Positions 29,460-39,738 of a DNA stretch of 64,000 nt are shown in pieces; positions within the stretch are counted from its first letter, which is position 1; the number at the start of each line of letters is the position of its first letter. The stretch is from positions 160,001-224,000 of the forward strand of contig CAVPIW010000005.1 of assembly GCA_963705105.1 (NCBI GenBank), written 5' to 3'. Under the pieces are notes generated by a model. It had not been told where the DNA came from. It saw only the letters and a list, made by a program, of their open reading frames with translations, and searched no databases. This DNA comes from an uncultured Nitrospiraceae bacterium. Lineage in GTDB: Bacteria > Nitrospirota > Thermodesulfovibrionia > Thermodesulfovibrionales > Dissulfurispiraceae. The translations under genes were made by a program, and so were the position numbers.

Positions 29460-30823
29460 TGCAGGGGATTCGCCATCTTCCGCAGCCGCTCATATATAGG
29501 CGGGATTCTTTGGTTGGCGAAAAGCTCCCTGAACCTGTCCGTTATTTCGGTGACATATGATGCCGGCAGCTCCGCCGAGTCAAGCGACGGCGAGCAGAAA
29601 TCCCACCGGTCGCCTTTCGGGATGGTGTGTATGTGATGCTCGCGGGCGAGATTCGCCAGCTCCGTCCCGGGGAGGGGCTGATAGATGAACGGGAGTGCCG
29701 CATCGGGCTCGATACGCTCGTTGATCTCCCAGGTCTTCCCGACGGTCCCCTTCGTTTCAAGGGGCATGCCGAAAATATTGAACGTGACGATCATGATGCC
29801 GTATTTTTTCAGGAGGCGCGCGCCGCTGATGATCGTTTCGTCCGTCATCCTCCTCCTCAGATACTTTACCCTGTATTCTTCGTCACCCGACTCGATGCCG
29901 AAGAAGAACAGTTTGAGCCCGGATTCGGCGAGCATCGCCACCGTCGGCTCATCAAGAAGGTCGATCCTGCTCATGATGATGTAAGGGACCGAAACCTCTT
30001 TTTTGTAACCTTTACAGAAATCCTTTATCCATCCCTTGTTCAGCGTGAAGGTCTCATCGAGGAACTCGAAATATTGAGGCTTATACTGCTCGTTGAGCCC
30101 CCTGAAATGACGGATTGCATCGGCGGGCGTGTAGCGCCTGACAAACCTCTTCACGCCCCCGTAATAGTCGATGAGGGCGCTGTTGCTGCAGTATGTGCAG
30201 CGGTACGGACATCCTCTGCCGGTGATGACGGGCAAAGCGAAAATCCCGCCCGGTGAAAGCACGCCGAGATGCTTCTCCCTGAGAGCCTCCCTGTCGCCGA
30301 AGATCCCGAAATCCATGTACGGGTATTCATCCAGCTTCTCGACGAGCCATCTGTCTTTGCCGGCAAGCCCGTCGCGGCTTTCGCCGCTGAAAATGACACC
30401 CCTGATCGGCCCGGTCAAACGCCCCCCGATCGCCTGCTCCGCCAGTTCGATGATCGGGCCTTCCCCCTCGCCGGTGCAGACGGCGTCGACGCCGGGCAAG
30501 GCGATCACTTCCCCGGGCGACAGAACGGCATGGTAGCCGCCGACGACGATCATTCCGCCGAAGTCCTTCCTCAGAAGGGGAATGACATCCCGGATCTTGT
30601 GCCAGTTGAAGGTCATAACGGAAAACGCCACAATCAGGGGATCCTTTTCCAGAATCGCCGCGACGACATCTTCAGGGGAGTCTTGGCTGTCCGCCGTTTC
30701 CCGGTATACGACCAGCCCGGCGTCGATGCCCCTCGCCTTGAGGGCAGACGAGAGAAAGCCGACACCGAAGTTGATCTCATGGTCATGCGTATGAAAACAG
30801 AAAACGACCCGCTTACGTTCCAT
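29456..30823 (-). CDS. Cobalamin-binding radical SAM protein
   Basis: N-terminal B12-binding domain (VVGGYHA, GEGE), TGRGCPYRCTYC, FLDETFT and GIESG. GGGAGG RBS. Confidence 0.9.
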   Translation of the reverse strand: MERKRVVFCFHTHDHEINFGVGFLSSALKARGIDAGLVVYRETADSQDSPEDVVAAILEKDPLIVAFSVMTFNWHKIRDVIPLLRKDFGGMIVVGGYHAVLSPGEVIALPGVDAVCTGEGEGPIIELAEQAIGGRLTGPIRGVIFSGESRDGLAGKDRWLVEKLDEYPYMDFGIFGDREALREKHLGVLSPGGIFALPVITGRGCPYRCTYCSNSALIDYYGGVKRFVRRYTPADAIRHFRGLNEQYKPQYFEFLDETFTLNKGWIKDFCKGYKKEVSVPYIIMSRIDLLDEPTVAMLAESGLKLFFFGIESGDEEYRVKYLRRRMTDETIISGARLLKKYGIMIVTFNIFGMPLETKGTVGKTWEINERIEPDAALPFIYQPLPGTELANLAREHHIHTIPKGDRWDFCSPSLDSAELPASYVTEITDRFRELFANQRIPPIYERLRKMANPLQ

Positions 30824-30836
30824 TTGCCTCCCTGTT

Positions 30837-31035
30837 AACCTTAACGCTGCAATCGGACCCCCGGAAAGGCGGGGCGTATGCGCCGACACGCATCGGTGCT
30901 GCGAACCCTTTGCCTTCCCGTACAGACCTATTCAAGCAGACGTCTGAAAAAATGAACCTTTTGCTGACACTCACACTGTCACTGACACTGCTTTTAGAGC
31001 GCTTCGCCCCGCTTTTCCGTGCACCCGGAAGATTA
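30837..31035 (+). repeat. Dispersed hairpin repeat, family A subtype 3
   Basis: Aligns with 6038-6220. GGAAAGGCGGGGCG...CGCCCCGCTTTTCC arms. Confidence 0.82.
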
Positions 31036-32244
31036 AGCCCCAATAACCCATTCGTGTTCGATGTGCGTCACGCCGAATTCCTTCCTGCCGTGCGTCACAT
31101 AGATGTTCCGCGTCCTCTGGAGGTCGAAGGGATGCAATGCAGACTCGTCGGCTGCGAAAACGCCGAGGCTGTATATGCCGGGCAGCAGGGGCAGGGATTT
31201 AATGTTCACTTTGAATTCCTGGCCGTTCCTGAAACGGATGGGGGGGAGTCCGTCGTAATGCGACATGGTCCCGAAGACCGTCACCTCATCGTTCCTTATT
31301 ATACCAAAGCCGATGTGACCGGTGATATCGTCGCTGCGGCAGAGGATCCGGAACGAGATGGTTATCGGATCGAGCGGTCGTATGGTCTCGATTTCGTTGC
31401 CGTCTTTGCCCAGGACCTTTATGTCGACGACCTGCATCGTCTTTTCGGTCGTCTCCGCCGTCGCAACGATCTCCTCTGCAGCCTTTTCCCGGACCGCCGC
31501 CGACTTGGCCCTTTCGAAATTCTGGTAGTCGATGACGACCTTCCCCGTGCTCCCCAGGTTCCTGATGAGGCCTTTATGAATCCAGGCGACCCTGCTGCAC
31601 AACTCCTGGATGTGATACATGCTGTGGCTGCAGAAAACGATGGTCTTGCCGGCGTCCTTGAAGCTCACCATGCGGTCGATGCATTTCTTCTGGAAATACT
31701 CGTCGCCGACGGAGAGCGCCTCGTCGATGATGAGGACGTCGGGGTTCACCGACGTGGCGATGGAGAAGGCCAATCGCACGTGCATGCCCGACGAGTAGGT
31801 CTTCACGGGCCTGCCGATGAAATCGTTCAGCTCCGAGAAATCGATGATCCCCTGTTTTCGCGCATCGATCTCCGGCTTTGTCAGGCCCATGAGATAGGCC
31901 GTCAGGTAGATGTTTTCCTCTCCCGTCATTTCGGGATTGAAGCCGGTGCCGAGCTCGAGAAGGGCCGCGCTCCGGCCGTTGACGACGCATTCGCCCGACG
32001 TCGGCTTCAGGGTCTTCGCGAGGATCTTGAGGAGTGTGCTCTTCCCCGCGCCGTTTTCTCCGATGATGCCGAAGGTCTCGCCCCTGGGGACCGTAAATGA
32101 GATGTCGTTCAATGCCGTGAACGAGGAGTGGAAAGGTTTCCGCAGGATGATCTCCTTGAGTCTGTCCGCCGGCCTTTTGTAAATCCTGAAGGACTTCGAC
32201 ACCTTCGACACGATGATCGCCTGGTCGTTGAACGTTGTATTCAT
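31033..32244 (-). CDS. wzt: Polysaccharide ABC transporter ATPase with C-terminal Wzt_C carbohydrate-binding domain
   Basis: GENGAGKST, YSSGMHVRLAFS, IIDEALSVGD and a C-terminal LPLLPGIYSL beta domain. True start is ATG 32244. Confidence 0.92.
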   Translation of the reverse strand: MNTTFNDQAIIVSKVSKSFRIYKRPADRLKEIILRKPFHSSFTALNDISFTVPRGETFGIIGENGAGKSTLLKILAKTLKPTSGECVVNGRSAALLELGTGFNPEMTGEENIYLTAYLMGLTKPEIDARKQGIIDFSELNDFIGRPVKTYSSGMHVRLAFSIATSVNPDVLIIDEALSVGDEYFQKKCIDRMVSFKDAGKTIVFCSHSMYHIQELCSRVAWIHKGLIRNLGSTGKVVIDYQNFERAKSAAVREKAAEEIVATAETTEKTMQVVDIKVLGKDGNEIETIRPLDPITISFRILCRSDDITGHIGFGIIRNDEVTVFGTMSHYDGLPPIRFRNGQEFKVNIKSLPLLPGIYSLGVFAADESALHPFDLQRTRNIYVTHGRKEFGVTHIEHEWVIGA

Positions 32245-33044
32245 AGCCAGTCCGCAAATTCTCCCTTCAGTTTTGCGAATACATATGCGCCTAGGGTATA
32301 CGCGAAAAACGCCCAGGCGACGGCCATCAGCATCATGGTGTGATCGCCGATTTCGCCCTTGAGGAAGAGGGACTGGTAGATATGCACGAAGGGAAAGACG
32401 GGGTTTGCGTACATCGCGCTCCGCGCCCATTCGGGCAGCATGCTGAGGGGATAGAGGATGGGCGTGACATAGACCCAGAACCCGATGACCAGGTTGAGGA
32501 TCTGGACGGTGTCGCGGACGAAAACGGTGAGGCAGGAAAATATGAAGCCGACGCCGAGGGTGAAAAGCGCCTGCGCCGCAATCACGAGGGGAAGGTAGAG
32601 CAAAATGCCATAGCTCTGCTTCGTCGCAATGACATACCCGGCAAGGATGACGATGGCGACGCCGTGGCTCGAAAAGGCGGCGACGACGGCCTTCGCCGGG
32701 AGGATCTCCGTCGGGAAATAGGATTTCTTGATGATCTCGGCGTTCTCGATGAGGCTGTTCGTCGAGCGCATGAGCCCCTCCGACAGGGCCATCCAGGGAA
32801 AAAGTCCCGACATGAGGTAAATGGAGGCGTTGTGCGTGCCTCCCTGGTCCGGCAGCCTCAGTTTGAAGATATACACGAAGACGAAAAGGAAGATGAGCAG
32901 CATGACGAGGGGGTGAATGAAATTCCAGAGGAGCCCCACCGATGATCCGGCGAAACGGCTCTTCACCTCCTTGAAGATCATATGGGCGAGCAGATGACGG
33001 AAAGTGATGAAGTTCCGTGATATTTCGGCGATTTGTCTCAGCAT
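32241..33044 (-). CDS. wzm: Polysaccharide ABC transporter permease
   Basis: KSRFAGSSVGLLWNFIHP, TPILYP, NP motif and KLKGEFAD. Six TM helices. Confidence 0.92.
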   Translation of the reverse strand: MLRQIAEISRNFITFRHLLAHMIFKEVKSRFAGSSVGLLWNFIHPLVMLLIFLFVFVYIFKLRLPDQGGTHNASIYLMSGLFPWMALSEGLMRSTNSLIENAEIIKKSYFPTEILPAKAVVAAFSSHGVAIVILAGYVIATKQSYGILLYLPLVIAAQALFTLGVGFIFSCLTVFVRDTVQILNLVIGFWVYVTPILYPLSMLPEWARSAMYANPVFPFVHIYQSLFLKGEIGDHTMMLMAVAWAFFAYTLGAYVFAKLKGEFADWL

Positions 33045-33182
33045 GAACCCGTGGTGTTTGAGAAGATCTCTTCCCTCCGACAAGCATTAACTTTTTATAT
33101 TACCAAAATGATGGCTGCAAGACGAAGGTCCGCGATCAGGAGAGGTCTGATTACTGCGCAAAATAGTAAAATAGAATCACCT

Positions 33183-35301
33183 ATGTCATTCCGTCATTCC
33201 CATCCTGTCTCTTCGTTTTCGCAACGCCCCGGGTGGCTGACAGGACCGCTCCAGACGCTCTTCCTGACGGCTGCGACTTTGCTGAAGCTCTGGCTCGTCA
33301 GCGGTCAGCACCTGACCGCGCTCGGTGACGCCGGGCATGACGACCGCCTGTTCCTGACACTCGCCGAATCGATCCTGGCCGGTCAGTGGCTCGGACCATA
33401 CAACAATCTCACCCTTGCAAAAGGGCCCCTCTACCCTCTGTGGGTCGCCGCGGTTTCATATCTGGGAATACCCCTGCTTCTTGCGCAGCACCTGCTGTAC
33501 AGCATGGCCTGCATCATCGCCGCCGTTGCGCTGAAGCCTCTCATCCCTGCATGGCTGCCCCGGTATGTGATATTCCTTTTCGTCCTCTTCAATCCGATGA
33601 GTTTTACGGGCAGTGTCATGGCTCATGTCGTTCGCGAGGGGATCTATCCCGCCCTCACCCTCCTTGTCATCGGATCAGCCGCAGGGTTCCTCCTCCGGCT
33701 GGACCGCGCGGTCACCATGGCAGCTTCCCTGGGCCGCCGTGCTCGGACTCTCCCTCGCCGCCCTCTGGCTGACCCGCGAGGAGGGGGTTTGGATCGTCCC
33801 TCCACTTCTGCTCCTCGCCCTCTTTGGAACGGTAAAGATTGTCCGCGAGGGTCGCTGCATTCCCGTGAAACTTCTTCCTTTTTTCATCCCGTTCATCATC
33901 TGTACTGCGGGCGTGACCGGCATTTGCATGCTGAACAAGGTATACTATGGCATCTACAGAACGACGGAAATGAAGTCTCCCGATTTTCTCGATGCATACG
34001 GGTCCCTTTCGCGGGTGAACCCGGCGCGCTGGGAACCCACTGTTCCCGTTCAGCGGGAAGTGCGCAACCGCGTCTATGACGTCAGCCCGGCCTTTTCGGA
34101 GCTCAGACCCCATCTCGAAGGCGGGATCGGCAGGACCTGGAGCGGCATGTTCCGGACCATCCGGGAGTTCGCGGCGAGAGACCCCGTGTTCGCGGAAAAG
34201 ATACGGCCCTATCTCTCCGTCGACCCCGAAGGCATCTGGGACAGGGCAATGGCCGACGACAGGGAAATCCACGGGGGATTTTTTTTATGGGCCCTGCGCG
34301 ATGCAGTCGCCGCGGCGGGGCATCACCGTTCCGGGCAGTCTGCCGCGGCCTTTTACAGGAGAATCGCCGACGAAGTGAACAATGCCTGCGGCGCGGGCAC
34401 CCTTGACTGCGGTCCCGGGAGGTCATCCTTTGCGCCGCCCTTCCGCCTCTGGTACCTGACGCCCGCCCTGACGACGATGGGCGAGGGCACAATGTACCTG
34501 GCGAAACTCGAGGGATTCGATGTCAACCCGGAGCCGAGCCACGGTGACGAATCCCTGTTACGGCCGTTCCGTGAAATCACCCGTGAAAGGCTTACCCCCG
34601 CGCGATACCGGATCCAGGGGAGGGTCGCCGGCCCGCCGGCCCCGATCGTCATCACATTGAGAACAGCCGGGGGTGTGCCGGTGCAATCCGTTCCTCTTCG
34701 TTCAGAAAGAACAGATAGCTCCGGTCTCCCTTCTTCCGGCGGAAGGGACCTGCCCTCTGCGCCGGTCCCCTTCGATGTGACCGGCAATCTTTTCAGTCTT
34801 TCCGGAATATTCCACGCGACGTGGCTCTTGTCCGTCGAATCGGGCGGCGCCATAATCGGGAAGATCCCGCTTGACGGTTCAGTAAAACAGTTCCGCGGCG
34901 GCGGCATCGAGGTCTTCCTTGATTCGGCTGGCCCCGTATCCGGCCCCTCAGAGGCAGACACCCTGAAACTCCGGCGGCTCGACGGCATCGCGTCATTCTA
35001 CCGGATCTTGCTTCCCATCGCGACAGTCCTGTCACTGGGACTGTATTTTTTTGCAACTTTCAGAACGGTGAAGCGGCGGCGCATGACGGCGGCATGGATC
35101 ATCTCGACCGCCCTTGTTGTGTCGATCGTGGCCCGGCTCGTCATCCTCTCCCTGGTTCACGTAACATCATTTCCTGCGGTCTCCCCCCGATACCTGTCTC
35201 CTGCCTATCCTCTCCTCCTGCTCTTCATCGTTGTCTCCCTGATCGATGGCACGGCAACGATGAGGGGAAGGGACGGCAGCGAATGGAGCCGCTGGGGATG
35301 A
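33183..35301 (+). CDS. Polytopic membrane protein, probable GT-C fold, frameshifted near 33710
   Basis: HDDRLF acidic pair after TM1, KGPLYP, REGIY, LTREE, large periplasmic loop and C-terminal RYLSP TM block. The two ORFs join by one indel. Confidence 0.55.
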
Positions 35302-36545
35302 AAGAGCTCACGATCCTCATGCCCTGCCTGAACGAAGCCGAAACGATCGGTATGTGCATCCGCCGGGCCCGGAAACTGCTGTCCGACCACGGCATCGACG
35401 GTGAGATCCTCGTATCGGACAACGGCTCTACGGACGGAAGCAGAGGGATCGCCGCCGGTCTGGGCGCCCGCGTCATCGAGTGCCCCGTCAGGGGATATGG
35501 CGCCGCCCTGCAGTGCGGCATCGAGCAGGCGGAAGGGGAGTTTATCCTCATGGGAGACAGCGATGACAGCTATCATTTCGACGATGCCTTTCCCATGATC
35601 CGGAAGCTGCGCGAGGGAGCCGACATCTGCATGGGGACCAGACTGAGGGGAACGATCGTGCCCGGCGCCATGCCTGCACTGAACCGCTATCTGGGAAATC
35701 CCCTCCTGACCGCCATCGGACGGATCTTCTTCGGGATCCGGTTGAGCGATTTTCACTGCGGCCTCCGCGCCTTCCGGAGGGAGCCCATCCTTGCCCTGAA
35801 CCTCGTCACGACGGGCATGGAGTGGGCCTCTGAAATGATCATCAAGGCAAGGCTGGCAGGCCTCTCGATGACCGAAGTCCCGATCACCCTCTTCAGGGAC
35901 GGACGAAGCCGTCCGCCGCACCTGAAGCGCTGGCGAGACGGCTGGCGCCATCTCCGGTTCATGCTCCTTCATGCGCCTACGTGGCTTTTTATTCTGCCTG
36001 GCACTTTGATGGTGGGTTTCGGGGTTCTCAGCACAATAATTCTTATGAGGGGTCCTTTTTCAATCGGTCCTGCGCAACTTGACGTTCAATCCCTTCTTGT
36101 CGCATCCTTTGTCCTCATATTGGGCATGCAGACAGTCTTTACCGGCATCTTTGCTAATATTTACGCTCATATCGTCGGTATTCTGCCGATCAATGCAATG
36201 TTCCTCCGGCTGGTAAGAAAACTTTCCCTCGAACGGTTTCTTTTTGTATCCGTCATCTTTGGGCTTGCGGGTATCGCGGGCTTCGCCTATGCAGTATGGC
36301 AATGGTATCAAGTGGCCTTTTCAGAGCTTAATGTACGAGTAACCATGAGGATCCTCGTACCTTCACTCACAATGATCGCTCTTTCAGTACAGGGTTTCTT
36401 CAATAGTTTTATGCTCTCAATCCTCTTTCTTGAGACCAAAGGGACAGAAGAAAGCCTTCTCCTTTCTATCATGAAAAGAGAGCCACGCTTACGCCCTGAG
36501 AAGGAAGATGATACACAAGAGACAGCGGGGGACGAGGACCGATGA
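35298..36545 (+). CDS. GT2 polyprenol-phosphate glycosyltransferase (DPM1-like) with C-terminal TM domain
   Basis: MPCLNE, DNGSTD, GYGAAL, MGDSDDSY, DFHCGLR and RDGWRHLRF. Confidence 0.88.
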   Translation: MKELTILMPCLNEAETIGMCIRRARKLLSDHGIDGEILVSDNGSTDGSRGIAAGLGARVIECPVRGYGAALQCGIEQAEGEFILMGDSDDSYHFDDAFPMIRKLREGADICMGTRLRGTIVPGAMPALNRYLGNPLLTAIGRIFFGIRLSDFHCGLRAFRREPILALNLVTTGMEWASEMIIKARLAGLSMTEVPITLFRDGRSRPPHLKRWRDGWRHLRFMLLHAPTWLFILPGTLMVGFGVLSTIILMRGPFSIGPAQLDVQSLLVASFVLILGMQTVFTGIFANIYAHIVGILPINAMFLRLVRKLSLERFLFVSVIFGLAGIAGFAYAVWQWYQVAFSELNVRVTMRILVPSLTMIALSVQGFFNSFMLSILFLETKGTEESLLLSIMKREPRLRPEKEDDTQETAGDEDR

Positions 36546-37117
36546 AAGCCCTCGATTATTTTCTCAGGGATTGGCGATACCGCTTAGCTGAACCATGGAT
36601 TCCCGACGGCTCGCGTGTTCTCGACATTGGAGGATATGACGGTTCACTTCTCAGACGCATAGCCCGGAGAATCGCAGTTGGCGTCTGCATTGACCCTCAC
36701 ATCAATGACGCAAAGGAGGGAAACCTTACCTTTGTCAGGTCCAATATTACCAGCGTGATCCCTTATCCAGATGCTTCGTTTAATGTCGTCACTATGCTTG
36801 CGGTTTTCGAACATCTGTCCGCCAACCGGTTCAGCATTGCCGACGAGGTCGCCCGTGTTCTGGCAGCTAAGGGAACGGTCGTCCTGACCGTCCCGAGCGA
36901 TAAGGTTGATCATATCCTGAATCTACTGAAAGCCTTTCATCTTGTCGATGGCATGTCTGCCGAAGAGCACGACCACTTCAACCCTTATGATACGGCCCCT
37001 ATATTTGAGACCCGTGGGTTTCGGTTGAAGCGGCATAAACGCTTTCAGTTTGGACTGAACAATCTTTTTGTCTTCGAAAAAACAAAAACGCAAGAAATTG
37101 ATGAAGACAAGCGATAG
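36542..37117 (+). CDS. Class I SAM-dependent methyltransferase
   Basis: VLDIGG and MLAVFEHL. Confidence 0.82.
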   Translation: MKALDYFLRDWRYRLAEPWIPDGSRVLDIGGYDGSLLRRIARRIAVGVCIDPHINDAKEGNLTFVRSNITSVIPYPDASFNVVTMLAVFEHLSANRFSIADEVARVLAAKGTVVLTVPSDKVDHILNLLKAFHLVDGMSAEEHDHFNPYDTAPIFETRGFRLKRHKRFQFGLNNLFVFEKTKTQEIDEDKR

Positions 37118-37218
37118 TCTCGCGGGGCAATTGAGGATACTCAGAATTGACTCGCCGGTTCATCTGCATGGATCCTCGATGGATTTCTGATTCTGAAATG
37201 TGCTGCTGAAATCTCTCG

Positions 37219-37449
37219 TGTCCACAATAAAATACAGCGAAACCTTGAAGACGGGGATAGGGTTTGGTTTCTGAAGCAAAATTCACGGGCAACCTTCACG
37301 GCGGCGGGAGTCGAGGCGGAAGCCGAAGCGGGAGCCGCACAGGTGGACGTGCAAGAACGTGTATCTTCATAACAAAACATGTACAAGCGCAGAGGTAGTT
37401 TATTTGCGAAGAAATCATGCCCTATCCCCGTTCCAGATTATTTTGGACA
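37219..37449 (+). repeat. MITE-like family B element
   Basis: TGTCCA...GGATAGGG and CCCTATCC...TTTTGGACA ends. Colinear with 56435-56667. Confidence 0.82.
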
Positions 37450-37490
37450 GCAATGTTCTGAAATACTATAATGAAGTCATGGAGACCGCG

Positions 37491-37818
37491 GATGCTAACG
37501 GAAACCGACAAGAAAACGATTGATGATTACAGTATCCAGTGGACACGCTTCACCGACAACTCTGGTTACTACGGATCTGTTGAGCTGCTCCAGGATATCT
37601 TCGGTCCCCTTTTATCGGTTGAGTCAGTCAAGGATCAAGAAGTTTGCGACATCGGCAGTGGCACCGGGCGAGTGGTGAATATGCTTCTCGATGCAGGTGC
37701 CCGTCAGGTGGTCGCAGTTGATCCTTCAGATGCCTTTTATATACTTGCGAACAATATAGAAAATCGAAAAGACAGGATGGAACTGGACGGTGTTGGGCCA
37801 CAAGCCTTCCCACGATGA
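37491..37818 (+). pseudogene. 3'-truncated class I methyltransferase
   Basis: DIGSGTGR and AVDPS present, then the ORF runs into unrelated sequence and stops after ~108 aa. Confidence 0.65.
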
Positions 37819-37966
37819 CCAGAGGCATAGAACGGACAGATGATCGTCTCCAGATCCGGTTCGGTCACTATTAGAGAGCACTCCGGACACAGTCTTGTGA
37901 GCCTTCGGGCATGGCTCTGTGAGAGCACGTGAAAAGATCGGGAACGAAAAAACGAGAGGAACAGGG

Positions 37967-38665
37967 ATGTCCTGGGATCTAAGCCTTCCCGAGGCCCGGT
38001 CGGTCATCGTTCTGGCTCCCCATCCCGACGATGAGGCGCTGGGCTGCGGCGGCACTCTTTCGCTCCTCAACGGCAGGGGCGTGTCGTCGTCGGTCGTCTT
38101 TCTTACCTGCGGGGAGCGTCTCCGCGGCGAGCCCGATGCGGAGATCGCGGCGCAGCGCGTCACCGAGGCCCGCGCGGTCTCATCCCTCCTCGGCTGCGCA
38201 GAGCCCCTCTTTCTCTACCTCCCCGACGGCGACGTAGCCGGCCACACTGTTGAAGCAGGGGAATCCGTGGCGGAAATCATCGGCGCTGTAAAACCGGACA
38301 TCGTCTTTGCCCCCTCGCCCGTGGACTATCACAGCGACCATCTCGCCACGGCGGCCATCGCCCTGAAATGCCTCGACCGGTTCCGGTCCTTCAGGCTCGC
38401 CTTTTATGAAGTCTATGGGACTGTCCGGTTCAACCGTCTCATCGATATCGGAGATATAGTCGAGGTGAAGAAAAGGGCGCTCATGGCATACAGAAAGAGT
38501 CTCTATGGGATACCCGGCATTTACACCCATGCGATCCTGGGTCTGAACGCCCAGCGGTCCTTCTTCGTCCAGCGACAATCATACTACGAGGCGTTCTGGA
38601 TGATCGACAGGCCGCTTACGGAAGATGAAATCTCCGACTGGCTCCTTTACAGGACGAAACGGTAG
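37967..38665 (+). CDS. PIG-L/LmbE family deacetylase
   Basis: APHPDDE, LTCGE, HSDH and YE motifs. Confidence 0.92.
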   Translation: MSWDLSLPEARSVIVLAPHPDDEALGCGGTLSLLNGRGVSSSVVFLTCGERLRGEPDAEIAAQRVTEARAVSSLLGCAEPLFLYLPDGDVAGHTVEAGESVAEIIGAVKPDIVFAPSPVDYHSDHLATAAIALKCLDRFRSFRLAFYEVYGTVRFNRLIDIGDIVEVKKRALMAYRKSLYGIPGIYTHAILGLNAQRSFFVQRQSYYEAFWMIDRPLTEDEISDWLLYRTKR

Positions 38666-38676
38666 CGCAGGGACTC

Positions 38677-38895
38677 AAACCTTCCAGTTGTATGAAAAGG
38701 CGGTACAAAGTGCCTCAAAGCCTTGCTGATAGCGAGAATGATCATTTGAAAATGGAGATTCGGGATCCCATCTCTTTGTGCGGTCAACCGTGGGCCACAA
38801 ACGATCCTCATGGGACGGCAAAGGTTTCGCAGCACCAAGGCTTTTCGGCATCTTCGCCCCGCCTTTCCGGCAATCCTATTGCAGCGAAAAGGTAA
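38677..38895 (-). repeat. Dispersed hairpin repeat, family A subtype 2, followed by a partial inverted left end (38894-38930)
   Basis: Reverse complement aligns with 50972-51188. Confidence 0.85.
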
Positions 38896-38931
38896 ACCTT
38901 ATCGTTGCATACGCTCTTGGAAAGACAGGGG

Positions 38932-39738
38932 TCATGCGCCGAAAAGATAGTGCTTTCTGTAGAACCTTGCAAGCCCGCGCAAGAACTCGATCCTCTTTCT
39001 GAAACCCAGTGATGCCGTTGTGGCGCCGTGATGATGGATCGCCCTCGCTCCCGTGCAGAGATAGATCTTCCATCGCGTGTCCCTGTAAAGCCTGAAGCAC
39101 CAGTCGACGTCATTGAAGAAGATCGGGAATCCCTCGTCCATCGGACCAACCTCTTCCCAGCATCGCCGTCTGATCGCGAGAACAGACGCCATGGGCTGCT
39201 CGACGACGCCGCCCCGGAGGTGCTCATGCTCAACGAGTTTCCATCGCCGGAACGAACCGATGCGGTCGATTCCAAAAGCCTCCAGCACGAGGGCCTGCGG
39301 TGTCGGGAACCTTCTGCACGAAACCTGCAGCCTCCCGTCCGGATAGGAGAGAAGAGGGGCTACAGCCCCTGCATCATCATGTTCATCGAGACAAGAGTTG
39401 AGTCCGGCGGCGGTCCCCTCCAGCAGTCTCACATCATTGTTCAAAAGGTAGAGAACGTCGCCCCGCGACAGCGCGGCTCCCTGATTGACCGCCGGCGCAT
39501 ACCCGCGGTTGGTGTCGTTCCCGATCCACCGCACCCCGGAGAATGAGCCTGCTATGAGACGGTCGCTGCCGTCCGTCGACCCGTTATCAACGACGATGAT
39601 CTCAAATCGACCCGCCTGCATCGTTTCATGAATCGACTTTATGCATGCATGGAGGAGGTCCTTCCGGTTCCAGTTCGGGATGATGAAAGAGATGAGAGAT
39701 CCGGTGACCAGGCCGTTGTTCCCGTTGCCGCCCGTCAT
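38932..39738 (-). CDS. GT2 glycosyltransferase (WbbL/rhamnosyltransferase-like)
   Basis: VVDNGSTD, NRGYAPAVN, LLNND and FNDVDWC. Confidence 0.88.
   Translation of the reverse strand: MTGGNGNNGLVTGSLISFIIPNWNRKDLLHACIKSIHETMQAGRFEIIVVDNGSTDGSDRLIAGSFSGVRWIGNDTNRGYAPAVNQGAALSRGDVLYLLNNDVRLLEGTAAGLNSCLDEHDDAGAVAPLLSYPDGRLQVSCRRFPTPQALVLEAFGIDRIGSFRRWKLVEHEHLRGGVVEQPMASVLAIRRRCWEEVGPMDEGFPIFFNDVDWCFRLYRDTRWKIYLCTGARAIHHHGATTASLGFRKRIEFLRGLARFYRKHYLFGA

Noticed and set aside
31033..33087. 684-aa Wzm-Wzt fusion
   Set aside because: The first ~280 aa are an off-frame reading of wzm. wzt starts at ATG 32244, overlapping the wzm stop.
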